A stretch of DNA of 64,000 nt from a virus (Duplodnaviria > Caudoviricetes), in the IMG/VR virus record IMGVR_UViG_2595698635_000001, positions 6,839 through 70,838 of that record. One strand, 5' to 3'. A program made the translations under genes and the position numbers. The notes beneath the pieces are model-generated. The model was given only the letters and a program-made list of their open reading frames with translations, was not told the DNA's origin and made no database searches. This document shows positions 1 to 9,384 of this stretch, in pieces. Numbering within the stretch: position 1 is the stretch's first letter; the number at the start of each line of letters is the position of its first letter.

Positions 1-304
1 GGACCTGGTGCTGGCCGAGCGGTTCCTGACGAACCGCGTGCTGGAGGTGACGAACAAGCGCCGCGTGCGGGGGAACGAGCAGAAGGCCCGGCTGGCGCGC
101 GTCCCCGCCCGCGACTGGCACAAGTACCTCCCACCGCTGCCTCAGTCTGAGCTGCCCAAGGCCATCCGCGAGGTCGACGCCGCCCTGGCCGACGAGGTGG
201 TGGCATCCCTCGGGATCAACACCGAGGGCCTGCGCGCGGCGGTCATCGCCAAGATCACCACCGAGCTGACCCGGCCCATGATCGACCACCAGGAGGCGAG
301 CTGA
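1..304 (+). CDS. C-terminal end of portal protein (truncated by window start)
   Basis: Open frame from the window edge with high-GC3 codons; stop overlaps the next ATG (TGATG); position directly before the MuF/protease gene. Confidence 0.6.
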   Translation, partial: DLVLAERFLTNRVLEVTNKRRVRGNEQKARLARVPARDWHKYLPPLPQSELPKAIREVDAALADEVVASLGINTEGLRAAVIAKITTELTRPMIDHQEAS

Positions 305-2709
305 TGTGGCCCGAGCGTGGCGAGGCCCTGAGCCGGACCATCGAGTGCGAGGCGGCGCTGACCGAGGTCTACGCGCTGGCCCTCAATACCTGGGTCGTCG
401 CGACGGAGCCGTTTGTCGTAAGTAGTTTGGTCGCAGCTAGTTTGCCGCCTGAGCCGGATTCGGTCTCTGAGACCGCCAGTGTCTGGGATCAACTGACGTC
501 TGAGTTGATCCTAGCGTGCCTGTCAAGTCTGTGGGCATTGTCGGTGGTCGAGGCTTCGGAGGGACTGGAAATTGATCTGCCGGAATTAGGTGAGAATGTA
601 ATTACTCCATCCATTTCCGTGAAAGTAGTAAATGCAATTACGTCCACTTCGGAAGTAGCTACTGACGAATTGATGGACGCAATTGCGCGGGTGGAGGCCG
701 ATCCATTCCTGCTCGCGGCGCGCGACGAGTACGTGGCCAGCCAGCGCCCGAGCGTGGCCGCGACCCCGACCCTGATGCGGGACCGGGTAGCGGCGGCGGT
801 GAGGGACGCGACCCCGACCGGGGACACCCCCGACGTCGAGGTGGTCATCACCGAGCAGCGCCGGGCAGCGGCTGAGGTGCTGAGCCCTGGCAGCGAGGCG
901 ACCCGCATCGTGGCCCGGCTCCAGGGCTATGGGGCGGCGTCGGTGCAGAACGCGGCGGTGGTGACGGCGGCTCACCGCTCCGAGGACGCGGCGGTGCTGG
1001 AGAAGACCTGGATCGCCACCCTGGACGGCAAGACCCGCCATACCCACTTCGCCGCCGACGGCCAGCGCACACCCCTCACCGGTAAGTTCCAGATCGGGAC
1101 CGCTCAGCTGGAGTACCCGGCTGACCCCGGTGGCCCGCCCGAGGAGACCAAGAACTGCCGGTGCCGCGTCGGCATTCTGGCCAAGGACGAGCCGCTGCCC
1201 GACGAGGTGGACCGGCACACCGAGCGCCTGAACGGGCGCGACAGCGTGCAGATCAACCGGCGCGGGTCTCAGCAGGACGAGATCGAGCGGCGAGAGCGTC
1301 AGGGCACCGTCAGGGCGCGCGACGATGAGAACGGAATCGGGCGCACCGCGTCCGGCGGATGGACCGCCCCGAGTGAGCAGGAGTACGGCATGACCGAGTA
1401 CGTGACCTTCACGGATCAGCCGGTGGCGTTCGTCGGCATCGAGTCCAGCGATGGCCGGATGCTGAGCCCAGACATCGACCTGACCATCCGCCAGACGCCG
1501 CTGCCGGTCATGTGGTGCCAGCAGACCAACTACGGCCACATGGACGCCTACACCGTCGGCGTCACTGAGGCCGCGCGTCTGGAGGGCGACCGCATCCTGG
1601 CGTCGGGGTACATGCTCGATGACGAGCACAGCTCGACGGCGTTCGACCACGCCGCCCGCAAGGTGAGCCGCCCGAGCATCGACCTCGCGGCCACCGAGTG
1701 GATCCTGGTGGACGAGAACGGCAAGGAGATCACCGAGGACGAATGGTGGGATTTGCCGATGGACGCCAAGGTGATCCAGTGCGTGACCAAGGGCGAGCTG
1801 ATCGGGTTCACCCTGGTGGCCACGCCCGCGTTCGGCGAGACGATGCTGGAGTTCAACCCCGAGCCCGAGGAGCGCGAGCTGGGCCTGGTGGCCAGCGCCG
1901 CCGAGCAGTTCCGGCCCCGCGTGTACCCGGCGGCGCAGTTCGTGCGGACGCCGGACCAGTACCTCACCGAGCCGACCGAGATCCAGATGGACCCCGAGAC
2001 CGGGCGCATCTTCGGCCACCTGGCCTGCTTTGGCAGCTGCCACCGGTCGCTCCAGGCTCAGTGCGTGATGGCTCCCAAGAGCCCGTCGAACTACTCGCAG
2101 TTCCACACCAGCCCGAGCGTGCGGCTGGACGACGGCACCCGGCTGGCCGTCGGTCGGCTCACCGTCGGCACCGGCCACGCGGACGAGCGCCTGGGCGGCG
2201 CGGCGGCGATGAGCCACTACGACAACACCGGGACGTGCTTCGCCCTGGTCCGCGCCTACGAGACCCCCATCGGCATCGAGGTCTCGGGCGTGGCCGCGCC
2301 CTGGGCCACCGCCGAGCAGATCGAGATGGGCCTGGCCGCGCCGCTGTCCGGTGACTGGCGCGACTTCGGTCAGGGCCTGGACCTGATCGCCGCCCTGGCC
2401 GTCAACACGCCCGGTTTCGCTGTGCGTGGGCGTGAGGACGCCGACGGGCGTTCTGTGGCGCTGGTGGCCAGCCTGGCCCCCAAGCCGACCGGCCCCCGTG
2501 GCACCTCGGGCACGGCGCTGACGGCCTCGGCCATCAGTGAGATCGTGGCGGCGGCGGTGACCAAGGCGCTGACCGACCGCGACGAGCAGGCCGAGATCGA
2601 CGCGCTGCTGGCCGAGGCCACTCAGCTGGTCGGTGAGCCCGCCCCGGCGCTCACCCCCGAGGAAGAGATCGACGCGATGCTGGCCGAGCTGGCCGGACAG
2701 GAGAACTGA
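304..2709 (+). CDS. MuF-like minor capsid protein / capsid maturation protease fusion
   Basis: MuF motifs KTWIATLDGKTRHTH...DGQ...YPADP...NCRC; C-terminal half resembles a prohead protease (SSDGR, SID, TLVATPAF). Confidence 0.85.
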   Translation: MWPERGEALSRTIECEAALTEVYALALNTWVVATEPFVVSSLVAASLPPEPDSVSETASVWDQLTSELILACLSSLWALSVVEASEGLEIDLPELGENVITPSISVKVVNAITSTSEVATDELMDAIARVEADPFLLAARDEYVASQRPSVAATPTLMRDRVAAAVRDATPTGDTPDVEVVITEQRRAAAEVLSPGSEATRIVARLQGYGAASVQNAAVVTAAHRSEDAAVLEKTWIATLDGKTRHTHFAADGQRTPLTGKFQIGTAQLEYPADPGGPPEETKNCRCRVGILAKDEPLPDEVDRHTERLNGRDSVQINRRGSQQDEIERRERQGTVRARDDENGIGRTASGGWTAPSEQEYGMTEYVTFTDQPVAFVGIESSDGRMLSPDIDLTIRQTPLPVMWCQQTNYGHMDAYTVGVTEAARLEGDRILASGYMLDDEHSSTAFDHAARKVSRPSIDLAATEWILVDENGKEITEDEWWDLPMDAKVIQCVTKGELIGFTLVATPAFGETMLEFNPEPEERELGLVASAAEQFRPRVYPAAQFVRTPDQYLTEPTEIQMDPETGRIFGHLACFGSCHRSLQAQCVMAPKSPSNYSQFHTSPSVRLDDGTRLAVGRLTVGTGHADERLGGAAAMSHYDNTGTCFALVRAYETPIGIEVSGVAAPWATAEQIEMGLAAPLSGDWRDFGQGLDLIAALAVNTPGFAVRGREDADGRSVALVASLAPKPTGPRGTSGTALTASAISEIVAAAVTKALTDRDEQAEIDALLAEATQLVGEPAPALTPEEEIDAMLAELAGQEN

Positions 2710-2710
2710 C

Positions 2711-2950
2711 ATGTGTGGTTGCAACGGCGGCGCTGGCGTCGGCAAGAACAAGGACTCCATGGGCTGGTACGTCCAGCTCCCCGCGTCGGCGGGCGGCGGC
2801 ATCCTCCCCGAGGGCGTCAACCCCGCCGACCCCGAGGCGGGCCAGCCGGGTTACATGCTGGCCGCTGAGGCTCAGCGCCAGGTGACCCTGGCCGGTGGCG
2901 GCACCATCCGCAAGCTGGTCAAGGCCCCCGCCGAGCCCGTCCCGGCATAG
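2711..2950 (+). CDS. Small hypothetical head-region protein (MCGCNGG...)
   Basis: ATG 1 nt after the previous stop, GGAG upstream, good codon usage. Confidence 0.7.
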   Translation: MCGCNGGAGVGKNKDSMGWYVQLPASAGGGILPEGVNPADPEAGQPGYMLAAEAQRQVTLAGGGTIRKLVKAPAEPVPA

Positions 2951-2952
2951 GT

Positions 2953-2974
2953 CTGCACGGTCGCCCGCTAGCTT
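2953..2974 (+). promoter_or_regulatory. Putative late promoter CTGCACGGT-N7-TAGCTT upstream of major capsid
   Basis: Same motif and spacing at 8051 and (CACGGT) 31483. Confidence 0.55.
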
Positions 2975-3062
2975 TCCCATCAGAGAAACCTGCTCCGTGT
3001 TGTGTACCGAGGTTGCTCGCCCAGTACCGATGACGACAGACGAGACTCACAAGGAGTTCGCA

Positions 3063-4892
3063 GTGAACGTCCCCTTCGCTCCACGGCAGCGCGTCGTGAA
3101 CATCCTGGACCGCAAGGTGGGACAGTTCGCGCACCAGACCCCGGCTGAGCTTCCCACCGACGCGGCGGGCCTCCAGGCTCTGCTCGACTCGGCGCAGGCC
3201 GACATCAACCTGATCCAGGCCCGGCGCGCCGCTGGCGAGACCCTGACGGGTGCCGACCGCGACCGCCTCCGCGAGCTGGTCACCGACTACCGGGCCATCG
3301 ACGCCGCGCACAGCGCCGCCGTCGAGGCCGAGGCAGCGGGCCAGCCGGTGGACGACGCCGAGATCGACGGCCTGCTGGCCGAGGTCAACGGCCAGGTCGC
3401 CCAGGGCCAGGAGATCAACGACGAGACCACGCCGCCGGTCGAGGGCACCGAGCCCCCGCCCGCCGGTTCCGACGGCACTCAGCCCCCGGCTGCCTCGGCT
3501 CCCGAGGGCACCCCGGCTGAGCAGCGCGAGGTGGTCACCGCTGGCGCGGGCACGACCGGCGGCAACCGCCCGGTCAACTTCGCCCCGGCGGCGGCGGGCT
3601 CCACCCCGCCCCCGGCCAACGAGGGCGGCGAGCCCGGCTGGCAGCTCCACCCCGGCGCTCCCGGCTACCAGGAGGGCATGGGTCGGGTCGGGTTCGCCCA
3701 GATCGCCCAGTCGCTCGACAGCATCCGCCCCGGTAGCCGCGCTCGGGTCCGCCCGAACCGCAGCAACCGGATGCTCGGCGGTGAGGAGTTCGCGCGCCAG
3801 GTGGTCTCCACCCTCCAGCGCGACGTCCAGGTGGTGGATGACCCGCACGCGCTGGTCGCCGCCATCAACGCCGCGACCAGCCTGGTCAACGGCCAGCGCG
3901 TCACCGCTGACAGCCTGACGGCTGCCGGTGGCTGGTGCGCCCCGTCCGAGCAGCTGTACGACTTCTGCGACGTGCCGGACGCCACCGACCTGCTCTCGAT
4001 GCCCGAGGTCACGATCAACCGGGGCGGCGTCCGCTGGCCCCGCGAGCCTGATCTGTCCGGCATCTTCGAGGACTTCGAGTGGTTCTTCACCGAGCCCGAG
4101 CTGGAGGCCGTCGATCCCGACACCGGCCAGCCGACGGCGGTCAAGCACTGCGTCGAGATCCCGTGCCCCGAGGACTTCGATGAGATCCGCCTGAACGCGG
4201 TCGGGTGGTGCGTCGAGGCGGGCATCCTCCAGGAGCAGGGCTGGCCCGAGCTGATCGAGTGGTTCATGCGCTCGCTCACTCAGGAGCACCTGCGCGCCCT
4301 GTCGCGCCGGTCCATCCTCAACATCGTGGCCGGTTCCGGCCCGGCGAAGATCATCCCGCCGACCTCGGTCATGGGCTCGGTCGCGTCGGTCCTGAACAGC
4401 CTCGCGCTGGTGGCGACGAACATCCGCCTCAAGCGGGGCCTGAGCCGCACCGCCACCATCGAGGGCATCGCGCCGTCGTGGTTCTTCGAGGTGCTGCGCG
4501 CCGACCTGGCGTTCCGCGAGGGCACGGACACCTTCGCGGTGACCGACGCCCAGATCCTGGCGTGGCTGACGGCGCGGAACATCGCGCTCCAGTTCGTCGG
4601 TGACTGGCAGACGCGCTCGGCGGGCCTGCCCGGTCACATGGACACCCTGCGGTGGCCGTCGACCGTCGACATCGTGATGTACCCGGCGGGCACCTGGTTC
4701 CGCTCGATGAGCAACGTCATCGAGCTGGGCGTGATGTACCCGAAGGAGCAGCTCCAGGTCAACCGCTTCACGCGGATGTTCACGGAGGACGCCATCGCCG
4801 TCGGCAAGCGTTGCGGCGAGAGCGCGCTGATCCGCGTGCCGCTCGATGTCAACGGCGCTATCGGTGAGCGCCAGGCCATCACCGCCGCGTAG
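3063..4892 (+). CDS. Major capsid (hexamer) protein with N-terminal scaffold-like region
   Basis: AAGGAG before GTG 3063; helical/acidic N-terminus then TAAGGWCAPSE motif of cluster B-type capsids. Confidence 0.9.
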   Translation: MNVPFAPRQRVVNILDRKVGQFAHQTPAELPTDAAGLQALLDSAQADINLIQARRAAGETLTGADRDRLRELVTDYRAIDAAHSAAVEAEAAGQPVDDAEIDGLLAEVNGQVAQGQEINDETTPPVEGTEPPPAGSDGTQPPAASAPEGTPAEQREVVTAGAGTTGGNRPVNFAPAAAGSTPPPANEGGEPGWQLHPGAPGYQEGMGRVGFAQIAQSLDSIRPGSRARVRPNRSNRMLGGEEFARQVVSTLQRDVQVVDDPHALVAAINAATSLVNGQRVTADSLTAAGGWCAPSEQLYDFCDVPDATDLLSMPEVTINRGGVRWPREPDLSGIFEDFEWFFTEPELEAVDPDTGQPTAVKHCVEIPCPEDFDEIRLNAVGWCVEAGILQEQGWPELIEWFMRSLTQEHLRALSRRSILNIVAGSGPAKIIPPTSVMGSVASVLNSLALVATNIRLKRGLSRTATIEGIAPSWFFEVLRADLAFREGTDTFAVTDAQILAWLTARNIALQFVGDWQTRSAGLPGHMDTLRWPSTVDIVMYPAGTWFRSMSNVIELGVMYPKEQLQVNRFTRMFTEDAIAVGKRCGESALIRVPLDVNGAIGERQAITAA

Positions 4893-4914
4893 GTCACCGC
4901 GCCGACGTCAGACT

Positions 4915-4965
4915 GAGGGCGGGCAAGTAGTGGGCAACCCGAAGCCGTCCACCTTGCCCGCCCTC
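4915..4965 (+). terminator. Stem-loop between the two capsid genes
   Basis: 13-bp inverted repeat GAGGGCGGGCAAG / CTTGCCCGCCCTC. Confidence 0.6.
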
Positions 4966-4988
4966 TCTCGTACTCCCAGGAGGACCAC

Positions 4989-5756
4989 ATGACCACTCCC
5001 ACCGCCCCGGTGCTGAACGCCTGGCGCTTCAAGGCCCCGCCGGTCACGCCGCTGGCTCAGGGCCTGTACGCGGCCACCGACTGGCAGGCCCAGGGCCGAT
5101 TCTTCAACGGCGTCGAGGTCGAGGGGCCGAACTACGGCGGGGAGGACTCGTTCGGCATCTGGGAGGCCGACTGGTGCGACGTCCCGCCCATCGACCAGGC
5201 CGAGCGCAAGGAGGGCCAGCGGCCCGAGCTGCTTCCGCCGTTCGACCGGCTGACCGTCTGGGCGTACGACGAGTGCGACCTGACGCTGCCGAGCCGCGAT
5301 GAGGTCGAGGAGCGCGCCGCCCAGGTGCTGCGACTGGAGGAGCAGACCGCCGTCGAGCGCGAGTTCTCCAATCGGCTGCTGGAGGACGCCGGGACGCCCG
5401 AGGCGGTGACCAGCCTCAAGCTGGCCGTCGGATACCTGGAGGGCGAAGCCGCCAAGGCGAACACGCCCGTCTGGTTCCACGTCGGCGCTCAGTGGGCCAG
5501 CCAGGAGTTCGGTCTGTTCATCAAGACCGGCACCCGCTGGACGTCGCCGCTCGGTCACACCTGGATCGTGGGCGGCGGCTACGTCGATGGCCTGGTCAAC
5601 ACCATCGTCGCCACGTCTCAGCCGTTCGGCTGGCGGGACGCCCCGACCGTGCGGACGGCGATTGACGAGCGCCACAACCTCTACGCTGCCGTGGCAGAGC
5701 GTAGCGTTTGCATCGCGTACGAGGCCGTTATCGCTGCCGCTCAGATCGCCCCGTAG
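4989..5756 (+). CDS. Second capsid protein (probable pentamer protein)
   Basis: AGGAGG RBS; directly follows the major capsid as in cluster B phages; function from synteny. Confidence 0.65.
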   Translation: MTTPTAPVLNAWRFKAPPVTPLAQGLYAATDWQAQGRFFNGVEVEGPNYGGEDSFGIWEADWCDVPPIDQAERKEGQRPELLPPFDRLTVWAYDECDLTLPSRDEVEERAAQVLRLEEQTAVEREFSNRLLEDAGTPEAVTSLKLAVGYLEGEAAKANTPVWFHVGAQWASQEFGLFIKTGTRWTSPLGHTWIVGGGYVDGLVNTIVATSQPFGWRDAPTVRTAIDERHNLYAAVAERSVCIAYEAVIAAAQIAP

Positions 5757-5768
5757 GAGACAGGAATC

Positions 5769-6689
5769 ATGCCCGCTGGAATCATCGCCACCGTTGACGG
5801 CGACTACGCCACCATCGACTTCGTGGATCAGTCGCTCCGAGGCCCGGCCCTGGCGGCGCTGGCCGAGCTGGGCGCACCCATCGAGACCATCACCCGCGAC
5901 GGCCCACGCCGGAAGTACCGCGTGCTGACCAACTTCGCCGAGCAGACCAACCTGCTGGACGGCGACGAGGTGGGCGCGGTGTTCAGCGCCGGTCACGACA
6001 CCGGGGCGGCGGCGGCGCTGGTCGCAGCGGACCCCAACGTCAACGAGGGCGCGGACAAGGCCAACTGGCACACCCCGGTGGCCGAGTACACCAGCGCGAA
6101 CAAGTTCGTCGGCCAGGTGGCCAACGACGTTGTGCTGGACCGCGCCCAGGTCTACACCGGGGATGCGTCGAGCTACGGCGGGTCGGGCCGGGCTCCGCTG
6201 CACACTGAGGTCATCGAGGCGGTGCGGGGCGGCACGATCCAGGCCGTGCAGCGCGTGTCGAGCTTTGGTCACCCCGGTGCTGAGGCGAACCTGGGCCTGG
6301 CCAGCCAGCCCTCGGCGCTGTCCACCGACCCCGGCTCCACGCCGGACGTCGGTGGGTCGTTCGTGGCCGAGGACTACACCAGCGTCCAGGCCACCCGCGA
6401 GGAGCCCCTGGCGAGCCCTGAGGACGTCACGGTGATCGGGGCGGACGGTCAGCCCGAGAACACCGAGAACGCCGCGCAGAGCGGCGCTGAGCCAGTCACC
6501 GATGGCACTCAGGTCGCGCCGGTCACCGAGGCCGAGGGCGCGCCGCGTCCCGAGGGCCTGCCCGAGGGTGAGCCGAACGCCGACTGGCTGCGCCCGCAGC
6601 TGGAGAGCTACGCCACCTGGAAGGGCATCGAGAACCCGGCGGGGTACCCGAACAAGGCCGAGCTTCTGACGGCCATCCAGAACCTGTGA
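5769..6689 (+). CDS. Head-associated protein with C-terminal HeH/LEM-like motif
   Basis: RBS; C-terminus PNADWLRPQLESYATWKGI...NKAELLTAI. Confidence 0.65.
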   Translation: MPAGIIATVDGDYATIDFVDQSLRGPALAALAELGAPIETITRDGPRRKYRVLTNFAEQTNLLDGDEVGAVFSAGHDTGAAAALVAADPNVNEGADKANWHTPVAEYTSANKFVGQVANDVVLDRAQVYTGDASSYGGSGRAPLHTEVIEAVRGGTIQAVQRVSSFGHPGAEANLGLASQPSALSTDPGSTPDVGGSFVAEDYTSVQATREEPLASPEDVTVIGADGQPENTENAAQSGAEPVTDGTQVAPVTEAEGAPRPEGLPEGEPNADWLRPQLESYATWKGIENPAGYPNKAELLTAIQNL

Positions 6690-6709
6690 TGACCAGTCAT
6701 CACTAGGGG

Positions 6710-7210
6710 ATGAACATGTCTCAGGCCGAGCGGCTGATCCTGGCCGACCAACTGGCAGCCGAGCACACTCGGTTGCTGGACTTCGTGCGAACTGCGACGG
6801 TCCTGCTCGGCCTCCTACCGCTGCTGTATGGAGGTCTGACGTGGCTATACGGGGACGCCCTGTGGGCGGGGAACATCGTCTACGGAACGGCGCTGGCCGT
6901 CCCGTGGGCACCTCAGAGCTGGGGCCTGGCGATGATCGTGCTGGGTCTGGGCGTCATCGTTTCCGAACGGATGGATCGGCGGCGCTGCGTCTGTATCTTC
7001 ACGATGCTGACGGCGCTGATGCTCTCGATGTTCATGGTGACGTTCCTGGTCGAGGTGATCGCCAACGAGAACGTGAGTGCCCTCCCGCCCGCCCTGGTGT
7101 ACGGCGTGGTCTCGCTCTTGTTCATGGCGCGAGCCCGGCTGGCATGGACCGGTCGGGCCGGGCGACGTCGGCGGTGGGCCTTCCCCCGCTGGAAGGGATC
7201 AGGTGGCTGA
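6710..7210 (+). CDS. Membrane protein (about 4 TM segments)
   Basis: Four hydrophobic stretches, basic C-terminus. Confidence 0.75.
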   Translation: MNMSQAERLILADQLAAEHTRLLDFVRTATVLLGLLPLLYGGLTWLYGDALWAGNIVYGTALAVPWAPQSWGLAMIVLGLGVIVSERMDRRRCVCIFTMLTALMLSMFMVTFLVEVIANENVSALPPALVYGVVSLLFMARARLAWTGRAGRRRRWAFPRWKGSGG

Positions 7211-7719
7211 TGTCGACGCTTACCGCGCGGGTGGGCCGATGGCTGGCGCACACGCGGTTCGTTCCCACGCCGCTGTACCGGCTGGTCTTGATCGCCGCCG
7301 GGATCAGCGCGGTGCTCCAGCTGATCAACGGCGCGCCCGCCTCGGTCACCGCCACCGCAGACACGGGCTGGTTCGACTGGGCGTTCGTCGGGTTTCAGCT
7401 GATCGGCGCGGTGTGCGCGCTCTGGGGCCTGTATCTGGTCGAGGGTGACACTCCGACGCCCTGGGCGGCATGGGCGGCAACCGTCACCGGCGAGGTACCC
7501 GAGATCGACCCCGAGAAGCTACAGCGGTCACTGACCCTTGAGCTGGTCGGGCTCATCGCGCTCCAGACGTGCATGGCTATCCAGATCGTCTCGACCGTGG
7601 CCTACTACGGGCGCGTCCCCTCGGCCCTGTGGACCTGGATGGGGATCGTGTTTTGGCTCTGGTCGTTCTTCCGAGACCGCGACATCATCCGCGCCATTCG
7701 ACGGCTGACCCGCCCATGA
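7210..7719 (+). CDS. Membrane protein (about 4 TM segments)
   Basis: TGATG coupling at 7208-7212; hydrophobic segments. Confidence 0.75.
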   Translation: MSTLTARVGRWLAHTRFVPTPLYRLVLIAAGISAVLQLINGAPASVTATADTGWFDWAFVGFQLIGAVCALWGLYLVEGDTPTPWAAWAATVTGEVPEIDPEKLQRSLTLELVGLIALQTCMAIQIVSTVAYYGRVPSALWTWMGIVFWLWSFFRDRDIIRAIRRLTRP

Positions 7720-8048
7720 CGGCGGCGCTCGTCCTCCAGATGATTGGAGGGGCCGGGTTCCTGGCGGGCGTGGCGGCGCTGCTGCATTTCCTGAACACCC
7801 GCAAGTCCACCAAGACCAAGGGCAGCGCCGAGGCGTACCAGGCGTACCGGACGTTCGTCGCCGGGGCCTTCGAGGACGCCGCCGGGGTCACCAGCCGAGT
7901 GACCGCCGACCGCGACAAGCTCGGCGTCATCCGCGTGGCGCTGATCGAGCTGGTCCAGGACGTCATGGGCCTGGCCCGACGGAAGGGTGCCACGCCCGAG
8001 GAGCTGGAGCCCTACCAGGACCGGCTGGACGAGGTTCGATCCCGGTAG
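7716..8048 (+). CDS. Membrane protein, one N-terminal TM plus helical cytoplasmic part
   Basis: ATGA overlap; MTAALVLQMIGGAGFLAGVAALLHFL. Confidence 0.75.
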   Translation: MTAALVLQMIGGAGFLAGVAALLHFLNTRKSTKTKGSAEAYQAYRTFVAGAFEDAAGVTSRVTADRDKLGVIRVALIELVQDVMGLARRKGATPEELEPYQDRLDEVRSR

Positions 8049-8050
8049 AC

Positions 8051-8072
8051 CTGCACGGTGCTGGCCTAATGT
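8051..8072 (+). promoter_or_regulatory. Putative late promoter CTGCACGGT-N7-TAATGT upstream of major tail
   Basis: 9-mer and spacing identical to the capsid upstream motif. Confidence 0.55.
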
Positions 8073-8132
8073 CTGAACCAGCTTCGGAGACCGACTCGGC
8101 ACGATGTGCCTGACCCAGGAGGAATGACCAGA

Positions 8133-8939
8133 ATGCCTGGCATCCAGCCCGTCAAGGGCACGCGACTCCGTGCGACCAAGATCGACGCATGTGGCCGACC
8201 GATTGCCGGTCCACGCAACCGCATCGTCACCAGCGGCTACGTCAGCGCCACGCTGACCGCTGTGATGAAGGAGGCGGTGGACCTCACCCAGGACAACGCC
8301 GAGGGCAAGGAGTGCTTCACCGACCGCACGCCGCCTCAGCGCCGCTGGTACACCCCGGCCATCGAGCTGTGCAACGTGAACACCGGCCTGGTGTCCATGT
8401 TCACCGGCTGGGAGACGCTGCTGGACCTGGGCGCGACCCCGGCCCCCATCGGCTTCCGCGACCAGCGCGACATCGAGACCGAGTACGGCATCGCCATCGA
8501 GCTGTGGACCGCCGGTCGCATGGACGACGACTGCGACGAGCCGCCGACCACGGACGAGTACCTGGATGCGCCGGGCTCGGGCCGGTCCTACGGGTATTTC
8601 CTGTTCGGCGCGACCGAGTGGATCCCCGGCGACCTGTCCATCGGCGCGACGGTCTCCACGTTCACGCTCACCGGTCGGACCATCGCGATGCCCGCCTGGG
8701 GCATGGGGCCGTACAACGTCGCCCCGGCGGCGGATGGCAGCCCGCGCCGCCTGATCAACCCGACCACCAAGAAGGAGCACCTGACGGCGTTCCGCACGCC
8801 CATCGCCCCGCCCGAGGTCACCCCCGGCACCGAGCCGGTGGCCCTGGCGACCAGCACCATCTTCACCGGCACCGATTACTACTACGGTGGCCCGGCTGGT
8901 GCCGAGCCCATCGACGTCGCCCCGGCCCAGGCCGCGTAG
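8133..8939 (+). CDS. Major tail protein
   Basis: AGGAGG RBS; KGTRLRATKIDACG...NAEGKEC...IELCNVN pattern; followed by terminator. Confidence 0.85.
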   Translation: MPGIQPVKGTRLRATKIDACGRPIAGPRNRIVTSGYVSATLTAVMKEAVDLTQDNAEGKECFTDRTPPQRRWYTPAIELCNVNTGLVSMFTGWETLLDLGATPAPIGFRDQRDIETEYGIAIELWTAGRMDDDCDEPPTTDEYLDAPGSGRSYGYFLFGATEWIPGDLSIGATVSTFTLTGRTIAMPAWGMGPYNVAPAADGSPRRLINPTTKKEHLTAFRTPIAPPEVTPGTEPVALATSTIFTGTDYYYGGPAGAEPIDVAPAQAA

Positions 8940-8963
8940 TCTGGTCCCATCAGCGAAGCAGTT

Positions 8964-8993
8964 CGGCCCCGGTCATGTTGACCGGGGCCGTTC
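8964..8993. terminator. Terminator between convergent genes
   Basis: 12-bp stem CGGCCCCGGTCA-TGT-TGACCGGGGCCG followed by TTCT. Confidence 0.8.
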
Positions 8994-9005
8994 TGGTTGT
9001 CGGGG

Positions 9006-9269
9006 TCAGCGGGCGGCGGCAACCGCCTCGGTCACCAGGTCGTACATGTTGCCGCCGTTGCCGTACAGGCGGCGCACCTGGCTCGGCATCAGGCCGTAGG
9101 CCACCAGGCGGGCGGCGGCGCTGAGCGCGTCCCCAACGGTGTCGGGGCGGGCGTCGAGGGCGTGGACGTCGAACAGCGCGCGGGCCATGCGGACCTCGGC
9201 GGTGCTGGCCTCGGTGTGGGCGATGGCCACGCGGAACTCACGGTCAATCTCGACGGCGGTGGTGATCAT
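9006..9269 (-). CDS. Small hypothetical protein in a reverse-oriented cassette inside the structural region
   Basis: Own promoter-operator-hairpin-RBS module upstream (9270-9345). Confidence 0.75.
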   Translation of the reverse strand: MITTAVEIDREFRVAIAHTEASTAEVRMARALFDVHALDARPDTVGDALSAAARLVAYGLMPSQVRRLYGNGGNMYDLVTEAVAAAR

Positions 9270-9287
9270 GGTCGGGCCTCTCTGTCT

Positions 9288-9345
9288 GGCGGGCCGGTCC
9301 CGCGCTGACAAGATTTAAGTTACCCGAGTCAGTCGGGTAAGTCAA
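9288..9345 (-). promoter_or_regulatory. Module 1: TTGACT-N17-TAACTT promoter, operator 9320-9340, hairpin 9288-9303
   Basis: TTACCCGA-GTCAG-TCGGGTAA palindrome between -35 and -10. Confidence 0.85.
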
Positions 9346-9384
9346 GTCCTACTGTCGCTCACCGCCTCGGGCTACCCTGGCCTG

